64,000 bases of DNA from an uncultured Planctomycetia bacterium (lineage in GTDB: Bacteria; Omnitrophota; Gorgyraeia; 2-02-FULL-51-18). The translations under genes and the position numbers were made by a program. How positions within the stretch are numbered: position 1 is the first letter of the stretch; the number at the start of each line of letters is the position of its first letter. The stretch is taken from assembly GCA_964606485.1 (NCBI GenBank), contig CAZSGP010000002.1, positions 202,766 to 266,765 on the forward strand, written 5' to 3'. Positions 9,596 through 20,782 of this stretch are shown piece by piece. The notes beneath the pieces are model-generated. The model did no database searches. It had not been told where the DNA came from and saw only the letters and a list, made by a program, of their open reading frames with translations.

Positions 9596-9678
9596 CGTCA
9601 TCCTGAGTGAAACGAAGGATCCTGTCTAAACGATTCGCGCAGAAAAGATCCTTCAGCAAAGAACGCCTCAGGATGACG
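9596..9678. repeat. Palindromic intergenic element, family A copy 1, able to form a long hairpin.
   Basis: The sequence CGTCATCCTGAGTGAAACGAAGGATCCTGTCT...AGAAAAGATCCTTCAGCAAAGAACGCCTCAGGATGACG has a perfect 11-bp outer inverted repeat plus the inner pair GAAGGATC/GATCCTTC. Near-identical copies are at 45773-45856 and, as a half-element, at 42393-42421. Confidence 0.6.
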
Positions 9679-9685
9679 CGCCGCC

Positions 9686-10834
9686 TCAACTTGTCTTTAG
9701 CCATTCTATTGCTCTTTCCAAAGGTGCATCTTTTCCGGGGATAGCTTCAACAGCGTCGTCGGGCTCAATTCCAATTTCATGAATAAGCCTCCCGTTTGGC
9801 GTGTAATAACGACTCGTGGTCATACGAACGGCCGAATGATCCGACAGCGGTGTCAGAGTTTGCACGCATCCTTTGCCGTAAGTCTTCGAACCGATCACGC
9901 GCGCGAGCTTATGATCCTGTAGAGCTCCCGTTAAAATCTCAGAACCACTAGCACTTCCCTTGTTCACCAAAACGACCATTGGTTGAATGAGCCGGTATTT
10001 GCCGGAGTTTGAAATAAATTCTCTATTCTTCTCGCGATTTTTAGCGCGCGTGGTAACCACCACTTTCCCATTAGGAACAAAAAGCTCAGCGGACTCTACC
10101 GCAGAGTGAAACACCCCGCCTGAATTATTTCTTAAGTCTAAAATCAACCCCTTCATTCCTTGGGCCAGCAAACCATCTAACGCCTTTTGGAATTCGACCG
10201 CCGTATTTTCTTGAAATGCGGAAAGGCGCAAATAACCCGTCTCGGCATCGATCATCTTAGCCTCTTTCACGCTTTGGACTTTGATCATCTCGCGCGTCAC
10301 TGAAACCTCGATAATTTTTTGATCGCTTTCGCGCATGAGCGCTAATTTGACGATGGTTCCGGGCTCGCCTCTCATCCTGCGAGCCGATTCCGCAAGCGTC
10401 GTGTCACGCGCAGGAGCGTCGTTTATTTTCATAATGATGTCTCCCGGTAAAATCCCCGCTTTTTCGGCGGGTGAACCATCGAGCGGCGAAATGACACGCA
10501 AGAATCCATTTCGAATACCTACTTCGATACCTATCCCTCCGAACTTACCCTCGGTATCCGCTTTCAATTCTGCATAGGCGTCCGCGTCCAAATACTGGCT
10601 ATAGGGATCTAGATTTCTCAGCATTCCGGCAAGCGCTCCCGATAGCAGCTTGGAGCTCGACACTTCATCCACGTATTCAGACTTCACAAGACCGATGACG
10701 TCAAAGAAAATACCAAATTCTCTGGTTAACTGATTCTTGGTTTGAAGGCCAGCGGGGCTCACGGTGGGAAAAAGAATACCCGCCAAAAAGGTGGTTCCGA
10801 TAATCAGAACGATGAGTAATTTCTTAGGCTTCAA
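9686..10834 (-). CDS. ctpA: Carboxy-terminal processing protease (S41 family, PDZ domain).
   Basis: 382 aa. It has a signal/anchor sequence, a PDZ segment GDIIMKINDA, and the S41 catalytic region including GSASGSEILTGALQD. Confidence 0.8.
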   Translation of the reverse strand: MKPKKLLIVLIIGTTFLAGILFPTVSPAGLQTKNQLTREFGIFFDVIGLVKSEYVDEVSSSKLLSGALAGMLRNLDPYSQYLDADAYAELKADTEGKFGGIGIEVGIRNGFLRVISPLDGSPAEKAGILPGDIIMKINDAPARDTTLAESARRMRGEPGTIVKLALMRESDQKIIEVSVTREMIKVQSVKEAKMIDAETGYLRLSAFQENTAVEFQKALDGLLAQGMKGLILDLRNNSGGVFHSAVESAELFVPNGKVVVTTRAKNREKNREFISNSGKYRLIQPMVVLVNKGSASGSEILTGALQDHKLARVIGSKTYGKGCVQTLTPLSDHSAVRMTTSRYYTPNGRLIHEIGIEPDDAVEAIPGKDAPLERAIEWLKTS

Positions 10835-12270
10835 ATTTCTTTGAGTTTCTTCAGTAGAAGTTCGCGAACTTTTGCAGGATTGGCCTTGCCCTGACTTTTT
10901 TTCATGGCTTGGCCGACTAAAAACATTGCGGCCGTTTCTTTGCCTGATTTAAAATCGGCGACCACTTTGGGATTATCTTTTATCGCTTCAAGGATCCAAC
11001 CGTCTAGCGCCGCGTCGTCAGAGACTTGCACGAGCCCCTTTTCTTTCATCACGTCTTCAGGATTGCGGCCTGTCTGGGCAACTTCCGGGAAAACCTTTTC
11101 TTTGGCAGCCTGAAAGCTGATCTGCCCCGATTGCACCAAGCGGTACAGAGACGCTAAATTCTCCGCGCTGATCTTTGTTTCGGATAATTCAAGATTGTTT
11201 GCGCCTAGATACGCAAACACCGGCCCAATCATCCAATTGGCGGATACTTTAAAATCCTTGGTGAGATTTCCGAGGGATTCAAAAAATAAAGCCATCTGAA
11301 CATCCTGCGTCAATAAACCCGCGTCATATTCGGAGAGCGAATACTCTTTCATAAAACGCTCTTTTTTTTGTTTGGGAAGTTCGGGGATTAATTTCCGCTG
11401 CTCCTCAATTTCCGCGGCTGTCACCGAAAATGGCACAAGATCCGGCTCCGGAAAATAACGGTAATCATGCGCTTCTTCTTTTGAGCGCATGGAAAATGTT
11501 TTTTGACGCGCGTCGTCCCACAAACGCGTTTCTTGGGGAATGTTTTCGCCCGCATCAAGAGCTTTGCCTTGACGCTCAATTTCGTGCTCTAGGGCTAATT
11601 TCACCGCTTTAAAGGAATTTAAATTTTTAATCTCTACTTTTTTACCTAAGCCGTCCGACGCATTTTTACGCAGTGATACGTTGGCATCGCAACGCAAGTG
11701 CCCTTTTTCCATGTCGCATTCAGAGACACCAATGGTTTTAAGAATCGCTTTTAAATTGGTGAGATATTCGTACGCTTCTTCCGGCGACTCCATATCTGGC
11801 TCAGAAACAATTTCAACGAGCGGTGTTCCTGCACGGTTCAAGTCCACCAAACTATGCTCAGGCGCTTGGTCGTGCAACAATTTTCCCGCGTCTTCTTCCA
11901 TGTGAATGCGATTGAGCCGAATCTTTTGGAGTGCTCCGCTCCGCAGAATCTCCACTTCCCCACCCTGGCCAAGTGGCGCATCAAACTGCGAAATCTGGTA
12001 ACCCTTCGGAAGATCCGGATAGAAATAATTTTTGCGGTCGAACTTAATTTTTTGAGAGGGTACGCATTTAAAGGCGAGCGCGGCGCGTAGTCCCAGCATA
12101 AACGCTTTGTGATTGAGCACCGGAAGCGCGCCCGGAAGCCCTAAGCAAACAGGACAAGTCGAGCTATTGGGTTCCGCGGCGAATTTTAGCTCACACGAAC
12201 AAAAAATCTTCGTCTTTGTCGCGAGTTGTGCGTGGACTTCGAGACCGATGGTGACAAGATACTTAGACAT
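10831..12270 (-). CDS. gatB: Aspartyl/glutamyl-tRNA(Asn/Gln) amidotransferase subunit B.
   Basis: GatB homology begins at [16 protein letters not shown], with the ATG at 12268-12270. The longer track ORF running to 12492 is an in-frame extension that overlaps gatA. The 4-nt overlap with the gatA stop codon fits a single operon. Confidence 0.85.
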   Translation of the reverse strand: MSKYLVTIGLEVHAQLATKTKIFCSCELKFAAEPNSSTCPVCLGLPGALPVLNHKAFMLGLRAALAFKCVPSQKIKFDRKNYFYPDLPKGYQISQFDAPLGQGGEVEILRSGALQKIRLNRIHMEEDAGKLLHDQAPEHSLVDLNRAGTPLVEIVSEPDMESPEEAYEYLTNLKAILKTIGVSECDMEKGHLRCDANVSLRKNASDGLGKKVEIKNLNSFKAVKLALEHEIERQGKALDAGENIPQETRLWDDARQKTFSMRSKEEAHDYRYFPEPDLVPFSVTAAEIEEQRKLIPELPKQKKERFMKEYSLSEYDAGLLTQDVQMALFFESLGNLTKDFKVSANWMIGPVFAYLGANNLELSETKISAENLASLYRLVQSGQISFQAAKEKVFPEVAQTGRNPEDVMKEKGLVQVSDDAALDGWILEAIKDNPKVVADFKSGKETAAMFLVGQAMKKSQGKANPAKVRELLLKKLKEI

Positions 12271-13681
12271 TGGGGCTCTTTTTGTGAAAATCAGTGCTTT
12301 GTTCGAATGCGTGTGCCAATTTAAACAAATTTCCCTCGTCAAACGGCTTTCCCAAAAGCTGCAGCCCAATCGGTAAATTATTTTTAGAAAATCCGCACGG
12401 AATCGACATTCCCGGAATGCCCGCCAAGTTTGCCGAGATCGTGTAAATATCAGAGAGATACATTTCGAGCGGATTGCTTGATTTTTCTCCAATCTTAAAT
12501 GCGGTGCTAGGAGAGGTCGGCGTTAAAATCGCATCCACTTTCTTAAACGCCTCGTCAAAATCGTGTTTAATCTTGGTGCGTACTTTCATGGCGCGCAAAT
12601 AATACGCGTCGTAGTAACCGCTCGAGAGCGCAAATGTTCCAAGAATAATGCGGCGCTTGGCCTCCGCCCCAAAACCCTCGCCGCGACTTTTCTCGTAAAG
12701 CTCGAGTAAATTTTTTGAACCCGGGTGACGTGCGCCAAAACGAACCCCATCAAAACGCGCAAGATTGGAACTAGCCTCAGACGGCGCCACAATGTAATAA
12801 ACGCTCGTCGCGTATTGCGTGTGCGGCAGAGAAATTTCTTCGGTCTTAGCGCCTAGCTTTTCAAATTGAGCGATGGATTTTTTGACCGCTTCTTCTACTT
12901 CGGGGCTAATGCCCTTCATGAAATATTCTTTTGGAATCCCGATTCGCATTCCTTTAATGTCTTGGCCTAAAAAATCGCGGTATTTTGGCACAGGGACGTT
13001 TGCGGAGGTGGAGTCTTTGGGATCGTGGCCGGCGATCACTTCCATAATGGCCGCGCAATCCCACACTGTTTTAGTAAAAGGACCGATTTGATCAAGACTC
13101 GAAGCAAATGCGATGAGGCCGTAGCGCGAAACGCGCCCATACGTCGGTTTAAGCCCCACCACGCCACACAGTGACGCGGGTTGACGAATGGAGCCTCCAG
13201 TGTCAGAGCCGAGTGCCGCAACGGCAATTCCCGCTGCAACCGCCGCCGCCGAACCGCCACTTGACCCACCCGGAACTCTTTCCAGATCCCAAGGATTTTT
13301 AGTGGGGCCATAACACGATGTTTCGCAGCTTGAACCAAACGCAAACTCGTCCATGTTGAGGCGGCCCAAAATGACAGCGCCCGCATCTAGCAATTTTTCA
13401 ATTACGGTGGCGTTGTAAGGTGAAACAAAACCCTTTAAAATTTTAGAAGCGCAAGTCGCCTCTTCGCCTTCCACACAAATATTGTCCTTAATGGCGATGG
13501 GTACACCCCAAAGCGGAGAATTTTTATCGGCCTTGCGATGACGAGCCGTGGACTTCTCAAAATCAATATAAGCATTTAATTTGGAGTTTTTAACGCTGAT
13601 GGATTTTTTAAGCGTCTCAAGCGTATCTTTTTGGGACGCAGAACCATTCGTGTAAGCGCTTGAGAGTTCCTGGATTGTCAT
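12263..13681 (-). CDS. gatA: Glutamyl-tRNA(Gln) amidotransferase subunit A (amidase signature family).
   Basis: 472 aa. The amidase signature [14 protein letters not shown] and the Ser-cisSer-Lys catalytic context are present. Confidence 0.9.
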   Translation of the reverse strand: MTIQELSSAYTNGSASQKDTLETLKKSISVKNSKLNAYIDFEKSTARHRKADKNSPLWGVPIAIKDNICVEGEEATCASKILKGFVSPYNATVIEKLLDAGAVILGRLNMDEFAFGSSCETSCYGPTKNPWDLERVPGGSSGGSAAAVAAGIAVAALGSDTGGSIRQPASLCGVVGLKPTYGRVSRYGLIAFASSLDQIGPFTKTVWDCAAIMEVIAGHDPKDSTSANVPVPKYRDFLGQDIKGMRIGIPKEYFMKGISPEVEEAVKKSIAQFEKLGAKTEEISLPHTQYATSVYYIVAPSEASSNLARFDGVRFGARHPGSKNLLELYEKSRGEGFGAEAKRRIILGTFALSSGYYDAYYLRAMKVRTKIKHDFDEAFKKVDAILTPTSPSTAFKIGEKSSNPLEMYLSDIYTISANLAGIPGMSIPCGFSKNNLPIGLQLLGKPFDEGNLFKLAHAFEQSTDFHKKSPNV

Positions 13682-13965
13682 TTGTCTTCAATCACCTTCG
13701 GCACTTCAAAAAAATGATGCTTTGAAGCCGGCGCATGCTTTAAGACCGAATCGATAACTTTAGATTCTTTAATTTCGTCCGGCCGGAAAACATTCGAAAT
13801 GGGAAGCGGGTGGCTCGTGGGCTCAACACCCTCCACGGAAACCTTAGACAGCTCTTCGACAAATTTGAGAATCCCAGCCACTTGCGGCTCGAAAATCTTC
13901 AAATCCTCGTCGCTAAAGTAAAGTCTAGCTAATTTGGCGGTGTGTTTTAAATGAAACTCTGGCAT
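13678..13965 (-). CDS. gatC: Glutamyl-tRNA(Gln) amidotransferase subunit C.
   Basis: 95 aa, showing GatC family similarity. It is the first gene of a gatC-gatA-gatB operon whose members overlap. Confidence 0.8.
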   Translation of the reverse strand: MPEFHLKHTAKLARLYFSDEDLKIFEPQVAGILKFVEELSKVSVEGVEPTSHPLPISNVFRPDEIKESKVIDSVLKHAPASKHHFFEVPKVIEDK

Positions 13966-13987
13966 AGCGGCGTATTATAGCAAAATC

Positions 13988-15076
13988 TTAAAGGGTGAGC
14001 CCTTCTAAAATCAAATCCTTTTGCCAGGGAAGCAGCCCCTCCCAATCTCCCATAGCGGCCCGCTCGAGATTAGTGTTGGTTCCGAGAAGTCCTGGCTGAA
14101 CGCCTAGTTTTTTAGATAAATTCTCGCGGTGCGCTTTTAGCTTCTCTAAGTTCTTCTCGTGCTCATCCGTCCATTTTTTCTTATGAGAATTTTTCTTAGC
14201 CGGTAGCTGCCAAAAAAGAATCGGCCCATTTTTAGCGCGTGCAATCAATTCGTTAATCAGATTGCGGTATTCCTGACGCACCTGGCGCGGGGCGCGTTCG
14301 TACTCGGCGACATCTGAAGCATTTGTCTTCCCCACCCATTCACAAATGGCAAGCAGCGGCTCCGCATTTAAAACTTTAAATGGCGGGCGGTCTCTTTTTT
14401 TGGCTTCTTCTTCGCGCCACTGCCACAGTTCTTTTAAAACATTGAGCGCGCGGCCTTTTAAATTTTTAGAACCGCGAATCTGCCACGGCGTCTCATCAAT
14501 CTCCTCGGGCTTATCTTGCAGCAAGTGCTCTAGCAAGCGCGTGCAAAATTGCCGGTGCCAGTCGAGCCGCCCCGCTTCTTTTAGTTCTTCGGTCATCCGG
14601 TCTTTTAAAGTTTTTAAAAAATGGGTGTCGTTAGACGCGTAGAGCAGCATTTCATCGCTCAAAGGCCGCTCGGACCAATCCGCTTTCTGGAATTCTTTGG
14701 GGAGCACGATCTCGCAGTGCCGCTGAACAAGATCCGCGAGCGACTGTTTCGGATAACCCAAAAGCTGCGCGGCGATCATCGTGTCAAAAATCTCGCGCGG
14801 CAAAAAGGGCCCATTTTTTCTAAGGATTCGAACGTCAAAATCCGCCCCGTGAAAAATAAGTGCTTTTTGATTTAAAATTTGAAGCAGGGGTTCTAGCTTT
14901 AAAGCGGCGAGCGGATCAATGACAAAATCTTTATCGGAAATGCTGATTTGAAGCAGGCAGAGTTTTTCGACGTAATGATGAAGGCTGTCCGCTTCCGTAT
15001 CGACGGCAGCCCAGCTTGAGCGCTCTAGTTCGGCGCAAACAGCGGATAAACGAGCGGCGTCCTGAATGAACTCCAA
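13988..15076 (-). CDS. rnd: Ribonuclease D (DEDDy 3'-5' exonuclease plus HRDC domain).
   Basis: 362 aa. It has the exonuclease motifs AVDTEADSL and FHGADFDVRIL, with a C-terminal HRDC-like region. Confidence 0.7.
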   Translation of the reverse strand: MEFIQDAARLSAVCAELERSSWAAVDTEADSLHHYVEKLCLLQISISDKDFVIDPLAALKLEPLLQILNQKALIFHGADFDVRILRKNGPFLPREIFDTMIAAQLLGYPKQSLADLVQRHCEIVLPKEFQKADWSERPLSDEMLLYASNDTHFLKTLKDRMTEELKEAGRLDWHRQFCTRLLEHLLQDKPEEIDETPWQIRGSKNLKGRALNVLKELWQWREEEAKKRDRPPFKVLNAEPLLAICEWVGKTNASDVAEYERAPRQVRQEYRNLINELIARAKNGPILFWQLPAKKNSHKKKWTDEHEKNLEKLKAHRENLSKKLGVQPGLLGTNTNLERAAMGDWEGLLPWQKDLILEGLTL

Positions 15077-15079
15077 CGT

Positions 15080-15478
15080 CTAAAACTGCAAGCGGTCGTG
15101 CTTCGACACCGCGAGTCCCGCACAAATGAAAAGAAGGTAAATATAATTTCCGTAGACATGATTGTATTGCTTGAGAATCAAGAGTCCAAAACAAAGACTA
15201 ACCATAAAAATCCCCGAACAAAACCAGGCCGCTCTTAAGCGAATACCGGACAAAATCCACAGGGCCAGAATAATTTGTGTCAGACAAATGGTTTTGGCCG
15301 CAAAATCGATTGTGCTATAAGGCAAAAGCCCCTGAAACATCGATTTCATTTTTGAGGAAATTGCGTAGTAGCCGTACTCCATTTGATTACGAGCGGTCAC
15401 GAAAAATAAACACGACGCGCCTAAACGCAATAAAATCGAAACGGCCCCAAGATCCTTATCTTTTACGGTGTTGTCCAT
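15080..15478 (-). CDS. Small polytopic membrane protein, possibly DoxX family.
   Basis: 132 aa with 3-4 predicted transmembrane helices. The segment ILLRLGASCLFF resembles the start of DoxX proteins. Confidence 0.4.
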   Translation of the reverse strand: MDNTVKDKDLGAVSILLRLGASCLFFVTARNQMEYGYYAISSKMKSMFQGLLPYSTIDFAAKTICLTQIILALWILSGIRLRAAWFCSGIFMVSLCFGLLILKQYNHVYGNYIYLLFICAGLAVSKHDRLQF

Positions 15479-15493
15479 GCATAGCTCCTTTTC

Positions 15494-16039
15494 TTAAAAA
15501 AGCTCGGCGTTTTTAAGAGTGGGGTGTTTTTGGTCTTTATCCGAAAGGATATAATTTTTCTGCGCATCCGGCCATTGGATTCCAAGTGCAGGGTCACTCC
15601 ACAACACTCCGCACTCATGTTCCGGGGAGTAGGTGTCGGAAACCTTGTAAATAAATTCCGCCTCATCCGAAAGCGTTAGAAAGCCATGCGCAAAGCCCTT
15701 GGGGATGTAGAGCATTTTCCGGTTTGCAGCGCTCAAAATGTTTACCGAGACACGGCCGAATGTTTTGGAATTTTTACGAACATCTAGCGCCACGTCATAC
15801 ACTTCCCCACGCACCACGAGCACGAGCTTGCTCTGCGCCTTAGGTGGGAGTTGGTAGTGTAGGCCGCGGAGCACGCCCTTCACCGAAAAACTATGATTAT
15901 CCTGAACAAACCGGTCCGAAATGCCGTTTTTCTTAAAGACGTCTTCACGGTACTGCTCAAAAAAACCTCCGCGCGCATCCGAGAAAACCTTCGGCTCAAT
16001 CAGAACAACGTCCGGGATTTCGGTCGGAGTAAAATTCAT
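15494..16039 (-). CDS. rfbC: dTDP-4-dehydrorhamnose 3,5-epimerase.
   Basis: 181 aa, with the RmlC cupin motifs RGLHYQ and FVQDNHSFS. Confidence 0.85.
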   Translation of the reverse strand: MNFTPTEIPDVVLIEPKVFSDARGGFFEQYREDVFKKNGISDRFVQDNHSFSVKGVLRGLHYQLPPKAQSKLVLVVRGEVYDVALDVRKNSKTFGRVSVNILSAANRKMLYIPKGFAHGFLTLSDEAEFIYKVSDTYSPEHECGVLWSDPALGIQWPDAQKNYILSDKDQKHPTLKNAELF

Positions 16040-17676
16040 CCGATAAAGTATTTGCGAACGTCGTTTTTAATTTTGAGCGTCAGGCGCGCAAGCTCATCCG
16101 CTGAGGCATCAACCAGTGCATAGTGAAGCACGCGGCGACCTTTAAGCTGCAACGTTTCAAAATCGCCCAATCCTTGAGCGGTCTCGAGCTGTCCAAAGGT
16201 GTATTTCTCACCCGGAACGGCTAGATCATTCGCATGTGCAGCTGTAATCACCACAAACACACCGTTGTTGGGTCCGCCTTTATGAAGCTGGCCGGTGGAA
16301 TGAAGGTACCGCGGCCCAATGCCGAGCGTTGTTGCGAGTTTTGTTTTTTCGCGCAGGTACGTTTGGAAATCGATCAGTTTCTTACGCAATTCTTCGCGTT
16401 CGGGTAAAAATGCCAGAACCGCGCAGTAATCCCCTTTTTTGAAGCTTGCCCAAAAACGGTCTTCGCTAAGCGCAGGCTCAGGAACTTCAATCTGTCCCGT
16501 CGTTTCAAGCGTCTTTAGAATCGTCTTCGTGTTTTCTTTAGCAGACTGCACATCTGGCTGGTCAAATGCGTTTACCTTGAGTAGCGCGCACGCGATAGCC
16601 GTGGCCATTTCCCATTTCCAGAATTCGCCGCCAATGTCTTCGAGATTCACGAGACGATTCACCAAAATTGGATGCTTCGCGTTGTAAATTTCAGACAACT
16701 TTGCTTCATGCTTCGGATCTTTGTCTTTTTCCAAAAGCAGCGTCACGAAGAAGCGGTCATTTTCATAGGTCAGCGGCGAACCGACAGATTCGCGAACTAT
16801 GGGAATAATGCCCATTTCTTCTTTTCCGGTGCTCTCGGCAACCAATTGCTCTGCCCAGTCTCCGAAAGAATGAAGGCTCTTGGAGGTAACGAGCGTTAAT
16901 TTGTCGCGGCCTTCTTCGGCGAGAACCGCCATGGCAAGGCCAAGTTCAAGCGCCGATTCAGGATTAACCTTAGCGGCACTGTCCAAAACTTTTTGAATAT
17001 CGACGCCAATCAAAGCGGCTGGCACGAGACCAAACGCGGTGAGCGCAGAAAAACGACCTCCCACATCGGAAAAACCTTGAAACACCTTTCTGAAGCCGGA
17101 GTCCTTGGCCATTTTCTCTAAGGGTGAGCCTGGATCCGTAATCGCCACGAAGCGTTTTCCGGCGTCCGCCGAAAAAACTTGGCTCACTTTATCGAAGAAA
17201 TATTTATAAAGAGAGACGAGTTCGATGGTGCCGCCCGATTTACTAGAAACGATAAAAAGCGTTTTCTGTAAATCCACCTTCTGCTCGATATCCTTAATCC
17301 GCTCAGGGTCCGTGCTGTCGAGCACCAAGAGCTCCGGGAAATTTCGGCGGCTTCCAAAAATATCCGCAAAAAGTTCCGGTGCAAGGCTCGAACCGCCCAT
17401 CCCGAGGAGCACTACATGGGTAAAGCCCTCGTCTTTGATAGACCCGGCAAAGGAAATAATATCTTTTACCTGACTCTTCATGCGGCTCGGGGCATCAATC
17501 CATCCCAAACGGTTCGCAATTTCTTTTTGTCCAGCAGAGTCATTTGTCCAAACCGCGGCCTCTTTGGCATAAATGCGCTTTAAAAGCTCAGTTTTTTTAG
17601 CTTTTTCGGTCCAGGTTTGAATCAAATCAGAATAAATGCCCCATGAACTTTCCAGTACTTGTGTGTTTGTGATCAT
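16036..17676 (-). CDS. pgi: Glucose-6-phosphate isomerase.
   Basis: 546 aa. The SIS/PGI motifs HVVLLGMGGSSLAPE are present, with a C-terminal PGI region. Confidence 0.75.
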   Translation of the reverse strand: MITNTQVLESSWGIYSDLIQTWTEKAKKTELLKRIYAKEAAVWTNDSAGQKEIANRLGWIDAPSRMKSQVKDIISFAGSIKDEGFTHVVLLGMGGSSLAPELFADIFGSRRNFPELLVLDSTDPERIKDIEQKVDLQKTLFIVSSKSGGTIELVSLYKYFFDKVSQVFSADAGKRFVAITDPGSPLEKMAKDSGFRKVFQGFSDVGGRFSALTAFGLVPAALIGVDIQKVLDSAAKVNPESALELGLAMAVLAEEGRDKLTLVTSKSLHSFGDWAEQLVAESTGKEEMGIIPIVRESVGSPLTYENDRFFVTLLLEKDKDPKHEAKLSEIYNAKHPILVNRLVNLEDIGGEFWKWEMATAIACALLKVNAFDQPDVQSAKENTKTILKTLETTGQIEVPEPALSEDRFWASFKKGDYCAVLAFLPEREELRKKLIDFQTYLREKTKLATTLGIGPRYLHSTGQLHKGGPNNGVFVVITAAHANDLAVPGEKYTFGQLETAQGLGDFETLQLKGRRVLHYALVDASADELARLTLKIKNDVRKYFIG

Positions 17677-18761
17677 TGTCTTTTCCTTTGAACAGCTTCG
17701 ATGATTTTACGGTGCGCATCGGCAAACGCTTCGACGCCCGCTTTTTCCAATTCTTCCGTGACTTTTAATAAATCAATCCCGTGCTTGGGCAACTCCACCA
17801 AAATTTCAAGCGACTCTTCCACGCCCTCTTCAATCCGACTCGCCGGATTGCCATGATCGCGAAACGCGTCGAGCGTCGCTGGCGGCATTGTGTTAACCGA
17901 CTGCGGCCCGATCAGGGATTCGACGTACAACACATCACTATAAGAAGGGTTCTTGGTGCCCGTACTTGCCCATAGCGGGCGCTGAATCTTGGCGCCAAAC
18001 ATCTCAAGCTTCCGGTAGCGCGCCGTTTCAAAAACCGCTTTAAACTCAGCGTAAGCGGCTTTGCTATTAGCGACTGCAACTTTTCCAGCCAAGTTCTTTT
18101 GCCCTGATTTTTCTAATATGGGGTCCACCGCACTGTCCAAGCGGCTCACAAAGAAACTGGCAACGGAGCTAATTCCAGAAATGGATTTTTTTTCGATGGC
18201 ACGATTTTCGAGACCCGCTAGATACGCGCTCATCACCTGGCGGTAACGCTCGATCGAAAAAATCAGCGTTACGTTGACGTTGATGCCATCCGTAATAAGC
18301 TCTTCAACCGCCTTGACGCCGGCGCGAGTGGCTGGGACTTTGATCATCGCATTTTTACGAGCGACTTTTTGCCATAGCTCCCGACCTTCTTCAACGGTGC
18401 GGTGAAAACTATTAGCTAAGAACGGGCTCACTTCGATCGAAACGAAACCGTCTTCCCCACCCGTTTGCTCATAAAGCGGCAGAAACAAATCACAGATTTC
18501 TTGAACGGTCTTAATCGCAATCGCTTTAAAAATTTCTTCTTCCGACAAAGACGCCTCTGAAGAACGGATTACGGCGTCCGACTGACCGGAGGCAATCGCC
18601 TTTTCAAAAATCGCAGGGTTCGTGGTCGCTCCGCGAATACCGTCAGTTTCAATTAATTTTTTAAACTGCTCAACGGAAACGAGCCCGTCATACCAAATGC
18701 TTTGCCCAAATGAATGAATCTGTTTTAAACGGTTATCTGTGCTCACTAAATCTCCAGTCAT
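17673..18761 (-). CDS. tal: Transaldolase (long type).
   Basis: 362 aa. The N-terminus QSIWYDGL and an active-site lysine region match the transaldolase family. Confidence 0.8.
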   Translation of the reverse strand: MTGDLVSTDNRLKQIHSFGQSIWYDGLVSVEQFKKLIETDGIRGATTNPAIFEKAIASGQSDAVIRSSEASLSEEEIFKAIAIKTVQEICDLFLPLYEQTGGEDGFVSIEVSPFLANSFHRTVEEGRELWQKVARKNAMIKVPATRAGVKAVEELITDGINVNVTLIFSIERYRQVMSAYLAGLENRAIEKKSISGISSVASFFVSRLDSAVDPILEKSGQKNLAGKVAVANSKAAYAEFKAVFETARYRKLEMFGAKIQRPLWASTGTKNPSYSDVLYVESLIGPQSVNTMPPATLDAFRDHGNPASRIEEGVEESLEILVELPKHGIDLLKVTEELEKAGVEAFADAHRKIIEAVQRKRQ

Positions 18762-20782
18762 AATGTTTCCAACTCCCTTTTAAATTCCGCAACACTTGTG
18801 ATGGGAAGCCCGCAGGTCTTATTTCGGCAAAGCTGCACCTTAAACGAGGGGGCCTCCTTAAACACCAGGACCTTGTTGGGGATAAATTTAGAATAAATCG
18901 CGTCTTTAATCAAGCAAAGTTGTGGATCTTTAGATTCTCCAAAAAGGGCCATTTCAACAGACCCCTCTTCAATCAGCTGGAGCGCAGCGAGCATTTTCGT
19001 GTGCGAAGCCGGATTTGACTCGAGACTAGCTGAAAATGCGTCGATCGTTTTCCTAGCAAACCCCTCCAATTCCTCCCCACCGTCAAAGCGAGAGAGCTTT
19101 ACCAGCACCCACGCTGCAGCGGAATTACCCGAATAAACCGCCCCATCGTAGGCGTCTTTCGGTCTAAAAATCAAAGTCTCTGCATTTTTAGATGTCATAA
19201 AAAAACCACCGTCTTTTTCGTCCCAAAAAAGATCGACCATCTCACGAACAAGCGTCCGGCTGCGATCAAGCCACTTTTTTTCAAAACCGGCTTCGTAAAG
19301 CGCCAAAAAACCTTCCGCCAAAAAGGCATAGTCTTCGAGGCCCGCTTCGACGGCCGCGTCGTGGTCCCGGTAACGGTGTAAAAGTGTTTCCTTGCGCAAA
19401 ACCTGCCAAATAAATTCACCCGCTTTTTCGGCAGCGTCGTAATATTTTTTATTTTTTAGAATCGCCGATCCCTGCGCGAGGGCCGTGATCATCAATCCAT
19501 TCCAATCCGCCAACACCTTGTCATCTAAATGAGGTCTCGGTCGTTTGGCGCGCGCTTTCAAAAGAAGTGCTTTGGCGTCGCGCATTTTCGGCGGCATTTT
19601 TTCACCAAACGCATCGCCTTTGGCGCAGAGAACATTTTGTCCCTCAAACTCGCGGTGCGGGTCCGTGAGAGCATTCCCCTTTTCTTCGATGCCGAAAGCC
19701 ATGCAAAAATCAGGCGCGAAATTCTGAGGCAGGTATTCGCTTATTTCCTTTTGAGTCCAAACGTAGAAAGCGCCTTCCCGCTTTTTGGAGATTGATCCTG
19801 GTTCCAAGCTATCAGCATCTTCGGCAGAATAAAATCCTCCCTCGGGACTCGTCAACTCCTTTAAGACATAATCAAAAATTCCTTCGGCGACAGATGAAAA
19901 AAAACGATTTCCTGAATATTGAAACGCTTCACAGTACACCGCGGCGAGAATCGCTTGGTCATAAAGCATTTTTTCAAAATGGGGAATTCTCCAACGGTTA
20001 TCAGTTGAGTACCGGTGAAACCCGCCGCCGAGCCAATCATAGATCCCACCGCACGCCATTTGAGTTAAGGTTTCAAGCGCCATCTCGGCGGAGCGCTGGT
20101 TCTTGGAGATTTTGGCGAAGCGCAGTAAAAAAGAGAGATTGTGGCCCATGGGGAACTTGGGAGCTCTTCCAAATCCGCCGTGTTGTGCATCGAAACGCGC
20201 TTCGAGCTGCTCAAAAGCATGCTGAGACACCTTGGGTCGCGATTTACCCGCTTCTTCCGAAGAGCGAAGCGACAAATCCGCGTGAGACCTGTTCTTCAAA
20301 TAATCAGTCGCCGAATCCGCCGAGCGAATAATTTCATCTCGGCGTGTTTTCCAGGCGTCCTTGAGCTGAGTGAGCAGCGATTTAAAACCCGGCATGCCAT
20401 ACCGGTCCTCCGGCGGAAAATACGTTCCCCCGTAAAATGGTTTTTTTTCGGGTGTTAAAAATACAGTCATCGGCCATCCGCCTGAACCCGTGGTCTCGGT
20501 GACGTACTGCATGTAAATGTGGTCAATGTCCGGTCGCTCCTCGCGGTCGACTTTGATGCATATAAAATTTTCATTCATGAGCTCGGCAGTCTTCGTGTCT
20601 TCAAACGACTCGTGCTCCATGACGTGACACCAGTGACAGGTCGAGTAGCCAATCGACAATAGAATGGGCTTATCTTCCTGTTTCGCGGCTGCGAATGCTT
20701 CAGGATTCCACGCCCACCAGTAAACAGGGTTTTGGGCGTGTTGAAGAAGGTAGGGGCTTTTTTCTTTCGAGAGACGGTTCAA
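18758..20782 (-). CDS. Thioredoxin-domain protein of the YyaL/DUF255 family (N-terminal thioredoxin fold plus a C-terminal alpha/alpha-toroid domain).
   Basis: 674 aa. The N-terminal segment [22 protein letters not shown] carries the DUF255 CxxC motif, and the length is typical of the family. Confidence 0.75.
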   Translation of the reverse strand: MNRLSKEKSPYLLQHAQNPVYWWAWNPEAFAAAKQEDKPILLSIGYSTCHWCHVMEHESFEDTKTAELMNENFICIKVDREERPDIDHIYMQYVTETTGSGGWPMTVFLTPEKKPFYGGTYFPPEDRYGMPGFKSLLTQLKDAWKTRRDEIIRSADSATDYLKNRSHADLSLRSSEEAGKSRPKVSQHAFEQLEARFDAQHGGFGRAPKFPMGHNLSFLLRFAKISKNQRSAEMALETLTQMACGGIYDWLGGGFHRYSTDNRWRIPHFEKMLYDQAILAAVYCEAFQYSGNRFFSSVAEGIFDYVLKELTSPEGGFYSAEDADSLEPGSISKKREGAFYVWTQKEISEYLPQNFAPDFCMAFGIEEKGNALTDPHREFEGQNVLCAKGDAFGEKMPPKMRDAKALLLKARAKRPRPHLDDKVLADWNGLMITALAQGSAILKNKKYYDAAEKAGEFIWQVLRKETLLHRYRDHDAAVEAGLEDYAFLAEGFLALYEAGFEKKWLDRSRTLVREMVDLFWDEKDGGFFMTSKNAETLIFRPKDAYDGAVYSGNSAAAWVLVKLSRFDGGEELEGFARKTIDAFSASLESNPASHTKMLAALQLIEEGSVEMALFGESKDPQLCLIKDAIYSKFIPNKVLVFKEAPSFKVQLCRNKTCGLPITSVAEFKRELETL

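Noticed and set aside
12271-12492. An N-terminal 74-aa extension of the gatB ORF.
   Set aside because: It overlaps the gatA coding sequence. GatB homology and a proper ATG begin at 12270.
19792-20331. Plus-strand ORFs of 150-190 aa, for example 19792-20331, 43603-44178 and 52164-52709.
   Set aside because: All are antisense to highly conserved minus-strand genes (yyaL-like, dnaK, leuS). They have biased low-complexity compositions and no start signals, and are typical shadow ORFs.
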